Shown piece after piece: positions 10,233 through 19,935 of a stretch of DNA of 64,000 bases. The notes beneath the pieces are model-generated. The model saw only the letters and a program-made list of their open reading frames with translations, was not told the origin of the DNA and did no database searches. Made by a program: the position numbers and the translations under genes. Each line of letters begins with the position of its first letter. Within the stretch, counting starts at the first letter, position 1. The DNA is from Desulfatiglandales bacterium (GTDB lineage Bacteria > Desulfobacterota > DSM-4660 > Desulfatiglandales > HGW-15): positions 3,392,001 to 3,456,000 of the forward strand of contig CAXXJJ010000004.1 of assembly GCA_963667015.2 (NCBI GenBank), given 5' to 3'.

Positions 10233-12917
10233 TTAATCCTTATATTTCCTGAAATTTTCAATTAGCTTCTGAAAAGATGACGGTTTATATTTATGAAAAC
10301 CTTCTTCGTCTATAAATACATAATCAAAATGGGTCTCGTCTTGAGTATTGTTAATATCCACACACCATTGTTTAAGCCGATTCATTTTCTCCGGGACGTC
10401 CAGGTCCTCAAGTCCTTTTGTCTCTACAATAACTACTTCGCTTTCAGAAACCTTTACCAGAAAATCCGGGTAATAGTTTGATGGAAATCCATCACTGTTA
10501 ATGTAATCAATAGTAAAATGAACAGCCAAAAAATTCTTAGCGTAAGAAATGATATCATCACACTTTTCCAGAAAGGCTGTAAATTCCAGTTCAAGATGAC
10601 TGTCTCCTATTATTTTATTAAATACCGATTTCTGAGGAATAATATATCCCTGATCTTTTACAACAAAAGGCCTGGTTTTTCTTAACTTAATATAGTCTCT
10701 TATCTCTGTATCGCCTTTATCCCTGACTGTCAGATCATTAATATACTTTTTAAAACATTCTATAATCGTTTTTGTCACTCCGGATTCTGAAAGATTTCTT
10801 ATTGTATTAAGGTCATCGATTTCAACAGATTCGGTGAAAAGATAATGAGAAATAAACTCCTTAACCTTTCCATAAAGTATGTCATACCCGGATACCAATC
10901 TGAGATCTTTCATTACTGTCTGTGCAAAATATCCTATAACGCTCCTATAATCTGCTACAGCATTTGTATCTAACAGCGTAATATGATTGATTTCATTGGT
11001 GGTTATATCCTTAAAAACAATTTCCTTTTTTTGTTCATCTGTAAACTCACGGTATTTTATAGGTTCATGGCTGAAAGATGCCGGATCAAGTTCGAAAATA
11101 TTTTTATACTCTCTGTATATCCTTGGTGTAAGAACAGGAATTTCTATATCAAGCTTATCAATGTCCTTTTTAGTATTCTCAGTATCTACTTCAACAATTA
11201 ACGGAGCTTTGGGGCTGGTACCCTCACCCATCGGTTTTCTTTCAAGTTCAACACCTTCACTCTGTATGGATTCAACAAAGTCCATAAACGCATCTGTGCC
11301 AACAATACTTACATATTCTTCAATATCACTTCCAAAATACATCCGCCGCAAACCTCTTCCAAGAGTCTGCTCAGGCAAAATATTACTTTTTGCGGTATAT
11401 GCCCTGAGTCCGACTATCGTTGTAACATTGCGAACATCCCATCCTTCTTTCAACATCAAAACCGATACAATAACTTTATAAGGACTTTCCCAGCTATCTA
11501 TTTTATTAGCCTGATCACGAAGCCTGTCCAGTTCTTCCTTGCTTTTACCTGAAGTTGACTCAGATATTTCACCGCTTCGATTAGTATGTATTGTCATAAC
11601 GGCGTCTTTAAATTCAGGGAAATTAAGCTCAAGGTATTCCTGAACTTCATCACAGTTTTTTGTGTCATCTGTCATAATAAACAGGATGGCCTTTTTCCCG
11701 AGTTTTTCATGTTCAGGATAAACCTTTCTCCACTCTTCAACTCCCAGATTTATATAATCAGCATATCTCTCAGTAAAAAGAGCGCTCTGTCTCTCAGCCA
11801 GTTTTGCCCGGCTTGCACTGTCCGGAAGAACCGGATGCTTTACCACATTCTGTGAAATAGCCTCAACAAGCGGATAGTCCGATATTGTCTGGACAAAAAT
11901 AGCCCCATTATTGTGTTTGGGTGTTGCAGTTACATCTACCTGCAAGGAAAGAAAATTATCTTTTTGCAGCAGCTTATTATGAATATCCTGAATGGATTTA
12001 AACCAGGCAAGTTTTGAATCATGTATATGATGGGCCTCATCATTTAAAACAACAAGCTCATCAATATCACGAACAATCTCTCCCAGGTCCACTTTTGAAT
12101 CTGTTGTCTTTCCTGTGGGTCTTTTCCCTAAAAAATAATCCATGGTATTTTCATCTGAAAAACTCGCAGCAACTGTATCCGAAGAATAAACCCGGTGGAT
12201 ATTTGTAAGAAAAATATTTCCTGTTTTTCTTACAATACTCACCTCATCCTGTATATGCAGTGTTAGCTGAAAATCATCCTGCCAGTTCTGACCGTCATAG
12301 CCGTTATCAGGCAGTACAGGGTCTTCAAAAAATATCCGAAGCCCGTCAAAATCATTTCTGATACGATCAAGAACTATTATATTAGGAGCAATAAGGAGAA
12401 AGTTTCTGGCAAGATCAGAGTCCTCTTCATATGTCTTATGAAAAAAGGCCCAGGCAAGTATCAGGCTCATGACCTTGGTTTTACCGCTTCCAGTCGCCAT
12501 TTTAACTACAAGCCTGCGCCAGTTCTCATCAAACATTCCGGCAGAAACAGCCTGTGATGAGTCATAGCGTATAAGATCATATTTATCCTTAAACTTAACG
12601 ACATCATATAAATAGATAACTGTCTCAATCGCTTCTCGCTGGGCATAATAATACTGAAAGGGAACGACCGATCCATCTGCCTTGGGGATAAGGTGCTCGG
12701 TTTTAAACCACCAGTTCATTAGAGAAATACTTGTATTGGTAGCGCCTTCATAGGATTTTTCACGCCATTCCTTAACCTCTTTACGAAGAAGATGTACAAA
12801 CGGCGGCAGAAGCTTCTCATAGCTTGATTCCCGCAATGCCTCATCTGCGGGAAACCATCGGATATCAGGGTTCAGAATTTCATAGGGCGAAGAGGGGAAG
12901 TCAGGATGTATAGCCAT
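10233..12917 (-). CDS. res: Type III restriction enzyme Res subunit (SF2 helicase plus C-terminal PD-(D/E)XK nuclease)
   Basis: KMATGSGKT, NDEAHH, TATP, LKEGWDV, EQTLGRGLR and C-terminal YYPDFLV...IVETKG. Lies downstream of mod. Confidence 0.92.
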   Translation of the reverse strand: MAIHPDFPSSPYEILNPDIRWFPADEALRESSYEKLLPPFVHLLRKEVKEWREKSYEGATNTSISLMNWWFKTEHLIPKADGSVVPFQYYYAQREAIETVIYLYDVVKFKDKYDLIRYDSSQAVSAGMFDENWRRLVVKMATGSGKTKVMSLILAWAFFHKTYEEDSDLARNFLLIAPNIIVLDRIRNDFDGLRIFFEDPVLPDNGYDGQNWQDDFQLTLHIQDEVSIVRKTGNIFLTNIHRVYSSDTVAASFSDENTMDYFLGKRPTGKTTDSKVDLGEIVRDIDELVVLNDEAHHIHDSKLAWFKSIQDIHNKLLQKDNFLSLQVDVTATPKHNNGAIFVQTISDYPLVEAISQNVVKHPVLPDSASRAKLAERQSALFTERYADYINLGVEEWRKVYPEHEKLGKKAILFIMTDDTKNCDEVQEYLELNFPEFKDAVMTIHTNRSGEISESTSGKSKEELDRLRDQANKIDSWESPYKVIVSVLMLKEGWDVRNVTTIVGLRAYTAKSNILPEQTLGRGLRRMYFGSDIEEYVSIVGTDAFMDFVESIQSEGVELERKPMGEGTSPKAPLIVEVDTENTKKDIDKLDIEIPVLTPRIYREYKNIFELDPASFSHEPIKYREFTDEQKKEIVFKDITTNEINHITLLDTNAVADYRSVIGYFAQTVMKDLRLVSGYDILYGKVKEFISHYLFTESVEIDDLNTIRNLSESGVTKTIIECFKKYINDLTVRDKGDTEIRDYIKLRKTRPFVVKDQGYIIPQKSVFNKIIGDSHLELEFTAFLEKCDDIISYAKNFLAVHFTIDYINSDGFPSNYYPDFLVKVSESEVVIVETKGLEDLDVPEKMNRLKQWCVDINNTQDETHFDYVFIDEEGFHKYKPSSFQKLIENFRKYKD

Positions 12918-13738
12918 TATTTTTTTCCTTCGAGTTTTTTAATTGAGGTATCGCTGGTAAGCAGTTTCATTTGATGTATGGCAATCTGGTTCAGTTTAAC
13001 AAGACGATCCTTCTGATTGAGCCCTTCATTTATTAAATGGGCATTAAGGCTTTCCATATTAGCCAGACAAACAAGCTGGGAAACATTGGCATAATCACGG
13101 ATATTTCCCTTTAAATCAGAATTGTTATCACGCCACTCTTTTGCGGTTACCCCGAACAGGGCCATATTCAATATATCCGCTTCCGATGCGTATACAAGAT
13201 TGATTTGAGCATTAGTCAATTCAGGGGGTATTAGATTCTCTTTAATCGCGTCAGTATGAATACGATAGTTTATTTTTGTCAGGTTCCGGCGGATATCCCA
13301 ACCCAGTTTTTCTCTTTCCTGATCTTTGAGACGTTGAAACTCTTTAATGAGATAAAGTTTGAACACAGGACTGATGGCCGAGCAAAACTCAAATGCAATG
13401 TCCTTGTGTGCATAAGTTCCCCCATACCTGCCGCCTTTAACCATGATGCCAATTGCATTTGTTTTTTCAATCCATTTTCCAGGACTCAATACAAAAGAGG
13501 TTAGTCCGGCATTCATTCTAAAGTGGTCGAATTCGACCACTTTAAAATCAGGGTTGTGTAATTGCTCCCAGGTGCCGATAAATTCAATTGTCCCTCTATT
13601 ACGAATCCAGTTTTTTATAATATCAGCAGCACGGGAATCACTTTCTTTGGTTTTTGCAATATCGGTTAAAGAGATATAGTCTTCTGCATTTTGAGAGATG
13701 ACTGTAATATCAGTACCTTTTACTTCTATCTTCGCCAT
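12917..13738 (-). CDS. KilA-N domain DNA-binding protein
   Basis: EDYISLTDIAK, IKNWIRNRGTIEFIGTWE, GRYGGTYAHKDIAFEF and KINYRIHTDAIKENLIP. The start at 13738 has an AGGAG RBS. Confidence 0.9.
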   Translation of the reverse strand: MAKIEVKGTDITVISQNAEDYISLTDIAKTKESDSRAADIIKNWIRNRGTIEFIGTWEQLHNPDFKVVEFDHFRMNAGLTSFVLSPGKWIEKTNAIGIMVKGGRYGGTYAHKDIAFEFCSAISPVFKLYLIKEFQRLKDQEREKLGWDIRRNLTKINYRIHTDAIKENLIPPELTNAQINLVYASEADILNMALFGVTAKEWRDNNSDLKGNIRDYANVSQLVCLANMESLNAHLINEGLNQKDRLVKLNQIAIHQMKLLTSDTSIKKLEGKK

Positions 13739-13754
13739 GTAGGACTCCTTATTT

Positions 13755-13836
13755 AACCGCCAATGCACGCAAATAAACGCGAATATTTTTTTATTATTTC
13801 GTATTTGTTAGCGTTCATTAGCGTCCATTCGCGGTT
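13755..13836. repeat. Imperfect 30-bp inverted repeat built from ~10-bp ACGCNAAT-type units
   Basis: AACCGCCAATGCACGCAAATAAACGCGAAT ... GTTAGCGTTCATTAGCGTCCATTCGCGGTT. Confidence 0.8.
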
Positions 13837-16092
13837 TCACTTTTTACCACCAACCGTTACGTCGGCTATTTTCATGGTATCGTTTCCAAAGATATCAACC
13901 ACCTTTACCGCTATTTTGTATCTTCCCGGAGCACATTCATGAAAAACACTCTTTAATTCAAGGGAGCGGTCTTTTTTTGTACGAAAGGACTGCCACTCGT
14001 TTTCAAAAATAAAATCTCCTGTCCAGCGCTCATCAAGCTCTTCGCTCTCTTCATCCTTAACTCTAATGATTTCCCTTTTACTCTCAAAGTCAAAATCAAC
14101 TGACCAGTAATCTATCCAGTCTGTCCATTTTTTTGTAAGAACTTCCTTTGATACAATCCCGTTTTTATCTTTGGAAACCTTGACAATCTGACCATTATCA
14201 ACTGTAATTTTGTTCTTGCCGTTCTTCAATCCTTCGGCAACACTGTCAATAGTTTCCTGGGTGTAATAGACCGAGAAATCGGTAAGTTCTACAGCAATGC
14301 TTTTCCCTTTAACATGGGGCTTAATCTCGATATAGCTTACATCATGAAATACTACCTGGTTCTTTTCAACAGCCCTTCGGTCAAAGACTTCCCGTGGTAT
14401 GTATTTAGGGGCAATGTCAATCCCCTTGTTTTTTGCTTCATCAAGGATATTGGGGAAAAGCCCCATTTCAAATTCAAAGGCAAGGATATCCACACGGGTA
14501 ACACTGTTTTTACGGCACTCAAGAATGATCTCTTCTACAAACAGACGTGTAACAGGAAGGTTGATAGGCCCGACAGCAATAAGCCGTCCTGCCTTTTTAC
14601 CCTGAAAGGATGGGAATCCTTCAACAGTTTGAGCCCTGTAGGCATGAAGAATAAGTTCTGTAAAATTCTTTTCTCGCTCTTCAATCTGCCGTTGTTTTTC
14701 TTCTTCTCTCAGATTTTCATTTATCCCTATATAATGCTGACGTTCATATTTGCCGAGATTTAAAACCTCAAAAGCCCTGAAGTCTTTGCCATCTTCCCTG
14801 AGGGCTCTCTGCATCTGAATCATTCTTTTGCGGGTTGTGTGGATCGCAAATTTGCCTAGATCGGAAACAATCCATTTGCGGTTAAGTTTTTCAGCGGTTG
14901 CTGCTGTTGTGCCAGAGCCACAAAAAAAGTCAGCAACTATGTCATTTTCATTTGAACTGGCTTTGATTATTCGTTCCAGAAGAGCTTCGGGTTTTTGAGT
15001 CGGATAATCAACTCTTTCTTGTGCGACAGGGTTTACAGCTGGGATATCTGTCCATAAATCCTGCAATTTAATACCTTCCATTTCTTCAACATACTGTTTG
15101 TATTGTATCCTTCCAGTTTTATTTGATGGAAATATTAATCTTCCTTCTTTGTCCAATTGTTCCATTTTTTCTCTGGTCCATTTATACCCATTCGAATGTG
15201 GTAAATAGCCTTTGTATTCATAATATAAGTTAGGTCTATATCCAGGATTACCTGTAGGAATTGGGATGTATTCACGACCATTGTTATCTTTTTTTATTCT
15301 TTTTAAGTATTTTTCTTCATAAGCATGGTATTGCATATTAAAAACATAGCTATTTGATTTTGAGTACCAGAAAACAGTATCATGTAACACACCACAACGT
15401 TTTGAGGCTAAACCAGTTGAAGTTGATCTTTTCCATATGACCTCATTAATGAAAAGATCTTTACCAAATATTTCATCCAAAACGAGACGAATATATCCGC
15501 TTACTCTATTATCACAATGAACATAAATACTACCATCTTCAGCCATTAAATCCCGCATCAATACCAATCGCTCATAAATCATAGCAATAAATGAATCAGC
15601 GCCTTTACCCCAAGTATCCCGATAAGCAATCTCTTCCAAGATTCCCGGTTCCTTATGCAGGGTTTCATCACCAATCTCGATATCCATGGAAAAATCAGCA
15701 CCCACATCAAAGGGGGGATCAATATAGATAAGTTTAATGCCGCCGTTTCGTTCTATCTCATCACGAAGCGGTCCATTTTTAAGAGAAGAAAGTATCAGTT
15801 TATTGTCGCCCCAGATAAGCTTGTTTGTCCAACCAGCCTTCTGACGGCCTCTGGAATCAAACAGTCCAAGCTGCGGGGAGGTATCCTCCGGCTTTTCTGC
15901 GCGCGGTTCATCAACCTGCTCAATAACCTGAAAGGGAAGAACAATATTGCATACCTCATTTGTTTTGCCGTTCCACACCAGTTCCACTTCACGTTTGTCA
16001 TCAAAGAGCAAAAAACGATATTTATCAGGCAACGGCTTTCCTGCTTCTATATATTTTACAATGTCTCGCTTCTCATTATCAGTCAGGTTCAT
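13837..16092 (-). CDS. mod: Type III R-M Mod subunit (beta-class amino-methyltransferase with long C-terminal extension)
   Basis: NKLIWGDN, motif IV IYIDPPF before motif [25 protein letters not shown]-terminal [12 protein letters not shown]. Confidence 0.92.
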   Translation of the reverse strand: MNLTDNEKRDIVKYIEAGKPLPDKYRFLLFDDKREVELVWNGKTNEVCNIVLPFQVIEQVDEPRAEKPEDTSPQLGLFDSRGRQKAGWTNKLIWGDNKLILSSLKNGPLRDEIERNGGIKLIYIDPPFDVGADFSMDIEIGDETLHKEPGILEEIAYRDTWGKGADSFIAMIYERLVLMRDLMAEDGSIYVHCDNRVSGYIRLVLDEIFGKDLFINEVIWKRSTSTGLASKRCGVLHDTVFWYSKSNSYVFNMQYHAYEEKYLKRIKKDNNGREYIPIPTGNPGYRPNLYYEYKGYLPHSNGYKWTREKMEQLDKEGRLIFPSNKTGRIQYKQYVEEMEGIKLQDLWTDIPAVNPVAQERVDYPTQKPEALLERIIKASSNENDIVADFFCGSGTTAATAEKLNRKWIVSDLGKFAIHTTRKRMIQMQRALREDGKDFRAFEVLNLGKYERQHYIGINENLREEEKQRQIEEREKNFTELILHAYRAQTVEGFPSFQGKKAGRLIAVGPINLPVTRLFVEEIILECRKNSVTRVDILAFEFEMGLFPNILDEAKNKGIDIAPKYIPREVFDRRAVEKNQVVFHDVSYIEIKPHVKGKSIAVELTDFSVYYTQETIDSVAEGLKNGKNKITVDNGQIVKVSKDKNGIVSKEVLTKKWTDWIDYWSVDFDFESKREIIRVKDEESEELDERWTGDFIFENEWQSFRTKKDRSLELKSVFHECAPGRYKIAVKVVDIFGNDTMKIADVTVGGKK

Positions 16093-16227
16093 CTGCTATT
16101 CTCCTCGTGGGTGCGATTTATTGTCATATTACTGATGAGGTTATGTTGAAAAATATTACAAACGCAGGATATGCAAACCTAAAAATTATCCATATCCTTG
16201 GACTTCGAAGGCTGAAAATCTGGATAT

Positions 16228-16353
16228 TTATAACATGTCAATTGTGCACGCACTGCGTGCACAATCTTTATACTGTCTGGCATCCATACTTCCGCGCAGT
16301 TCGTCACAGCTCGCCCAGAGAGAGCTGTATAATTCAGATTTTTTAATTGCCAT
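16228..16353 (-). pseudogene. hsdM: 5' stub of Type I R-M methyltransferase HsdM
   Basis: Not in the ORF track. MAIKKSELYSSLWASCDELRGSMDARQYKD matches the conserved HsdM N-terminus. Similarity ends after 30 codons and a stop follows at codon 42. Confidence 0.85.
16241..16265. repeat. Perfect 12-bp inverted repeat with a 1-nt centre
   Basis: ATTGTGCACGCA-C-TGCGTGCACAAT. Confidence 0.9.
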
Positions 16354-16491
16354 GTATTTTTCTTCTATTCAGAATTTTGGGGGATAATAGCACTTGAGGG
16401 CAAAGGTATCAAAGTTTTTCGGTATATTGGGATACTTACTGTTCATGAAATAGCCTGGACTTTAAATAATTCTATAAACCCTGCCTTAAAA

Positions 16492-16654
16492 AATGTGCAT
16501 TATGCACATTAGATTGTGCATCCTTAATTTTTTTATCCTTAGTAATATTCCAAAGCAATATCACTTTATGGACATTGCCGGAATGAAAGGCTTGTTATTC
16601 CAGTATATCCGCTGTTTTTAGTTTTACCTGCTCGAATATGGCACAATGTTTGTA
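16492..16654 (+). promoter_or_regulatory. Palindromic operator plus possible sigma-54 promoter upstream of the ParB-MTase gene
   Basis: AATGTGCAT-T-ATGCACATT at 16492-16510. TGGCAC-AATGT-TTGTA at 16639-16654 has GG-N10 spacing but GT instead of GC at -12. Confidence 0.4.
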
Positions 16655-16683
16655 ACAGTACATCCCCACCTGCCTGGGATGTA

Positions 16684-16786
16684 CAGGCTGAAGCATTTTC
16701 GGCTGAAGGCTGTTAGGTTTTCGGGCCTTTACTTAAGCCTACAGTCGAACAGCCTACAGCCTGTTTTATTAACAGCCTTCAGTCTG
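16684..16786. repeat. Cluster of GGCTGAAGGCTGTTAG-type units in direct and inverted orientation
   Basis: GGCTGAAGGCTGTTA (16701-16715) is complementary to TAACAGCCTTCAGTC (16770-16784) at 14 of 15 positions. Related units recur at 18217-18248. Confidence 0.8.
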
Positions 16787-16809
16787 ATTCCAAGGAAAAG
16801 GAGACAACT

Positions 16810-18222
16810 ATGAGTAAAGTGCAGTCTGTAAAAATTCAGGACATTGTTCTGGACAAAAGTATTTACCCGCGAAACAGCATTGACCACAAACGAGTATCTA
16901 TGTTTGAAGAAAACATGAGGGACGGGTTTGAGTTTGATCCTATACATCTTCAGGAACATCCAGATGAACCGGAGAAATACCGCATCCTGGACGGGGCACA
17001 CAGGTTTAATGCTTACAAGGGAATCGGGGAAAAAGAAATTTCCGCACAGATAATAAAGCTCAATGGCACACATCCACTGTTGTATGCAGCAAAACAGGCC
17101 ATAGGGCCAAGGCAGCTCAATGAGGAAGAGATAAGAGATGCTGCCAGAAGGTTATATATGGATGATCCGAAGCTGAGCTCAGCAGAAATCGGTAAGGCAT
17201 TCGGTCGTTCAAGACAGGCGGTAGATAAATATATCACTGATCTCAGGGCTGCAAATCAAATGAAGCTTGATTTGATCTTATTCAGGATGAATAAGCTTGG
17301 CATCCCTCAGGACAGGATTTCATCTCGTTTAGATTTGCCTCAGCAGACAATCTCCCGCTATTTACCCAAAATGCCAACCGTGGCAAAATGGGTAAATACC
17401 GACATTAAGAAAGGATTTACAATTCAACAGATTGCTGAAAAGCACGCCTGGCCTGAGTCTCTGGTCTGGTCTCTTAAACTGGAGAAGGAAAATGATATTG
17501 GTAAATACCGTAGATTACAGTGGGGAATAAGGACCTGGGATCTATGGAACTGGAATGACTGTGATAAAAGGTTCGGTGATGAGTGGCCGGGGAGAATCCC
17601 GGCGCAGCTAGTCGCGCATATTCTCTATTTCTTCTCAAGACAGAAAGACCTTGTTTTTGATCCAATGGCCGGAGGCGGGGTTGTGGCAGATACATGTCTT
17701 GCATTCAACCGCCGCTGCTGGAGTTTTGATATGGTTGATAGAATCAATGAAAGGCCCGAGATAGAACATCATTTCTGGGACATCAATAAACTCAAATGGC
17801 CGGTTAATGGAAAGACAAAACCGGATCTTATTATCTTTGACCCTCCCTATTTCAGCAAAAAAGTAAAAGAGTATGAAGAAAACAGCATAGCAAACATGAG
17901 TAGAGAAGCATATCTCAGGTTCCTTGAAGGGTTCTTTAAACTGGCTAATAAGAACAGCAAAAAGGGCACAAGGCTGGCTATGATAAATGCCGACTGGCGG
18001 GACTTTCAGGGCACTCCTGCCATTGATGAATCCCGAAAGGCGGCAATACTAATTACCGATTACTGCAGGCTGATGGAGGACGCGGGATGGGAAGTCAGCC
18101 ATATAATACAGGCACCAATGTCGTCGGAAAGATTCCAGGCCAATGTTGTGGCAGCAATGCAGAAAAAGAAAATACTGGGTGTTACCAGCAGGTATGTGGT
18201 GGTGGCTGGCAAAACAGGCTGA
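16810..18222 (+). CDS. ParB/Srx-like N-terminal domain, HTH and DNA amino-methyltransferase fusion
   Basis: YRILDGAHRFNAY (ParB), SSAEIGKAFGRSRQAV and PQDRISSRLDLPQQTISRYL (HTH-like), WPGRIP, FDPMAGGG (motif I), IFDPPY (motif IV). AAGGAG RBS. Confidence 0.85.
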   Translation: MSKVQSVKIQDIVLDKSIYPRNSIDHKRVSMFEENMRDGFEFDPIHLQEHPDEPEKYRILDGAHRFNAYKGIGEKEISAQIIKLNGTHPLLYAAKQAIGPRQLNEEEIRDAARRLYMDDPKLSSAEIGKAFGRSRQAVDKYITDLRAANQMKLDLILFRMNKLGIPQDRISSRLDLPQQTISRYLPKMPTVAKWVNTDIKKGFTIQQIAEKHAWPESLVWSLKLEKENDIGKYRRLQWGIRTWDLWNWNDCDKRFGDEWPGRIPAQLVAHILYFFSRQKDLVFDPMAGGGVVADTCLAFNRRCWSFDMVDRINERPEIEHHFWDINKLKWPVNGKTKPDLIIFDPPYFSKKVKEYEENSIANMSREAYLRFLEGFFKLANKNSKKGTRLAMINADWRDFQGTPAIDESRKAAILITDYCRLMEDAGWEVSHIIQAPMSSERFQANVVAAMQKKKILGVTSRYVVVAGKTG

Positions 18223-18377
18223 AGACTGTTAGCCTGAAGGCTGTTAGGGAAGGCATATTGGATCAGTAAAATGTAATCTTACTTCTTATCAAATATGAAA
18301 GAAATTGTAGTATCCAAACCAGGAATGGTTACAGCTTCTTAAACCTTTTGAAAAGAACTATGGTAAAACTCGAAATA

Positions 18378-19925
18378 TTACTCTGTGACAGGTTCAGGTT
18401 TATCCAGACCTTTTGCCTTGTCATAATTTTTTGCCAGATTCAGGTTTATAACAGTTGTAACATCAACCCCGGTAAAATCAGCGCCTCTTATATCCGCTCC
18501 CTCCAGGTCTGCGCCGTTCATCTTTGCATTGACAAAAACAACATTCCTGAGGTTGCTGCCTTTAAAAATCGCATTGTCAATAACCGACCCGCTCAAATTT
18601 GCGCTGCTCAAATCTGCACCTTCAAAATTGATATCCCTCAAATCACACTCCGTGATTACTGAGTAAGTAAGATCAGCACTGCTGAAGTTCGCCTCGTTAA
18701 GGGATGATCCGGTCAACTGCACCTTATTCATTTTGATACCGCTCAGGTCAAAGTTTTTCAGGTCAACATTTTTTAGCGAGGCTCCGTTTAAAACAGCCTT
18801 ATTCAGGTTGATATCCTTGAGGATTGCACCATCCAGAACAGCATCTGTAAAATCAGTCCCGTCCAGTCTGGCATTATCGATCTTTGCCCCGGCGAGGTTT
18901 GCGCCTTTAAGGCTGGTTCCGCTCAGGTCCGAACCGCTCAGGTCAACGGAATTCATAACCGCCCCGGTCATTACTGCGCCTGACAAATCCGCTTTCTTCA
19001 GATCGGCGTTAGCCAGTTTTGCATCTTTAAATTCAATACCCTCAAGGCTGGAATTAGCCAGAACTGCATACTGGAGATCTGCCTTGTTAAATTCGGTTTT
19101 TGTTATGAAGGCATTGCTTATACTGGCGTAACTCAGGTCAGCATGGTTGAGATTTACCCTGCTGATAAAAATACCATTCATATAAGCCCCGCCTAAAAGG
19201 GCGTAATCCATTTTGGATGATTCGACAGTTGCATAACTCAGATTGGCCTTGGTAAGAATAGCCCTGCTCTTTTCCGAGCCTTTCATGTTTATGTCTTCCA
19301 GCTTTGCAGTGCTCAGATTAGCATCAGCCATATTGGCGTTTACAAGTTTTACGTCCGAGAGGAATGCCCCGTGCATATCCGCCCTGGTCAGATCTGCGCT
19401 ACTCAAATCCCCATTAATAGCAGAGTAACTCAGGTTCGTATCGGTCAATACACAATCGCTGAAGTCCGTTTCTCTTATTATCCCATAACGAAGGTTTGCA
19501 CCGGAAAGATTTGCCCCCTTTAAGATGCTTGATATCAAAACTGCACAGGTCAGGTTCGCGTCTTTTAAATCCGCACCGGTAAAATTCGAGTTATCTGCCT
19601 TTACACCTGTCATTTCAGCATTCTGCAGATTGCAGTTACTCAGGTCTGAAGATACCAGCAGGGAATCCTTAAACCTGGCATTCTTAAGTATTGCCTCGGT
19701 AAGGGAGGAGTGATGCAGCGCAATGCTGCTTAGATCAACCCCGGTCAGGTCCAGGTTGCTTATATCTACATACCGAAGGATTCTGTTCTTTAAATGCGCC
19801 TCTTTAACCTCATCCGTTGTCAAAACTGTCTGCGGGGTTTTGGATGCGGCAAAGAGTGAATGAAAAGGCACCATTAAAAAGATAAGAACGGATATCAAAA
19901 CCTTTGAGTTATTATTCATCTGCAT
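18378..19925 (-). CDS. Secreted pentapeptide-repeat protein
   Basis: N-terminal signal peptide, then more than 400 aa of A(D/N)LxG/S-type pentapeptide repeats. Confidence 0.93.
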   Translation of the reverse strand: MQMNNNSKVLISVLIFLMVPFHSLFAASKTPQTVLTTDEVKEAHLKNRILRYVDISNLDLTGVDLSSIALHHSSLTEAILKNARFKDSLLVSSDLSNCNLQNAEMTGVKADNSNFTGADLKDANLTCAVLISSILKGANLSGANLRYGIIRETDFSDCVLTDTNLSYSAINGDLSSADLTRADMHGAFLSDVKLVNANMADANLSTAKLEDINMKGSEKSRAILTKANLSYATVESSKMDYALLGGAYMNGIFISRVNLNHADLSYASISNAFITKTEFNKADLQYAVLANSSLEGIEFKDAKLANADLKKADLSGAVMTGAVMNSVDLSGSDLSGTSLKGANLAGAKIDNARLDGTDFTDAVLDGAILKDINLNKAVLNGASLKNVDLKNFDLSGIKMNKVQLTGSSLNEANFSSADLTYSVITECDLRDINFEGADLSSANLSGSVIDNAIFKGSNLRNVVFVNAKMNGADLEGADIRGADFTGVDVTTVINLNLAKNYDKAKGLDKPEPVTE

Positions 19926-19935
19926 ATCCTTTAAC

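Noticed and set aside
13837..16092. Phase-variable mod (phasevarion)
   Set aside because: No long simple-sequence repeat tract seen in the gene or its 5' region.
16684..16786. CRISPR array
   Set aside because: The units are short, degenerate and partly inverted, with no regular unique spacers and no cas genes.
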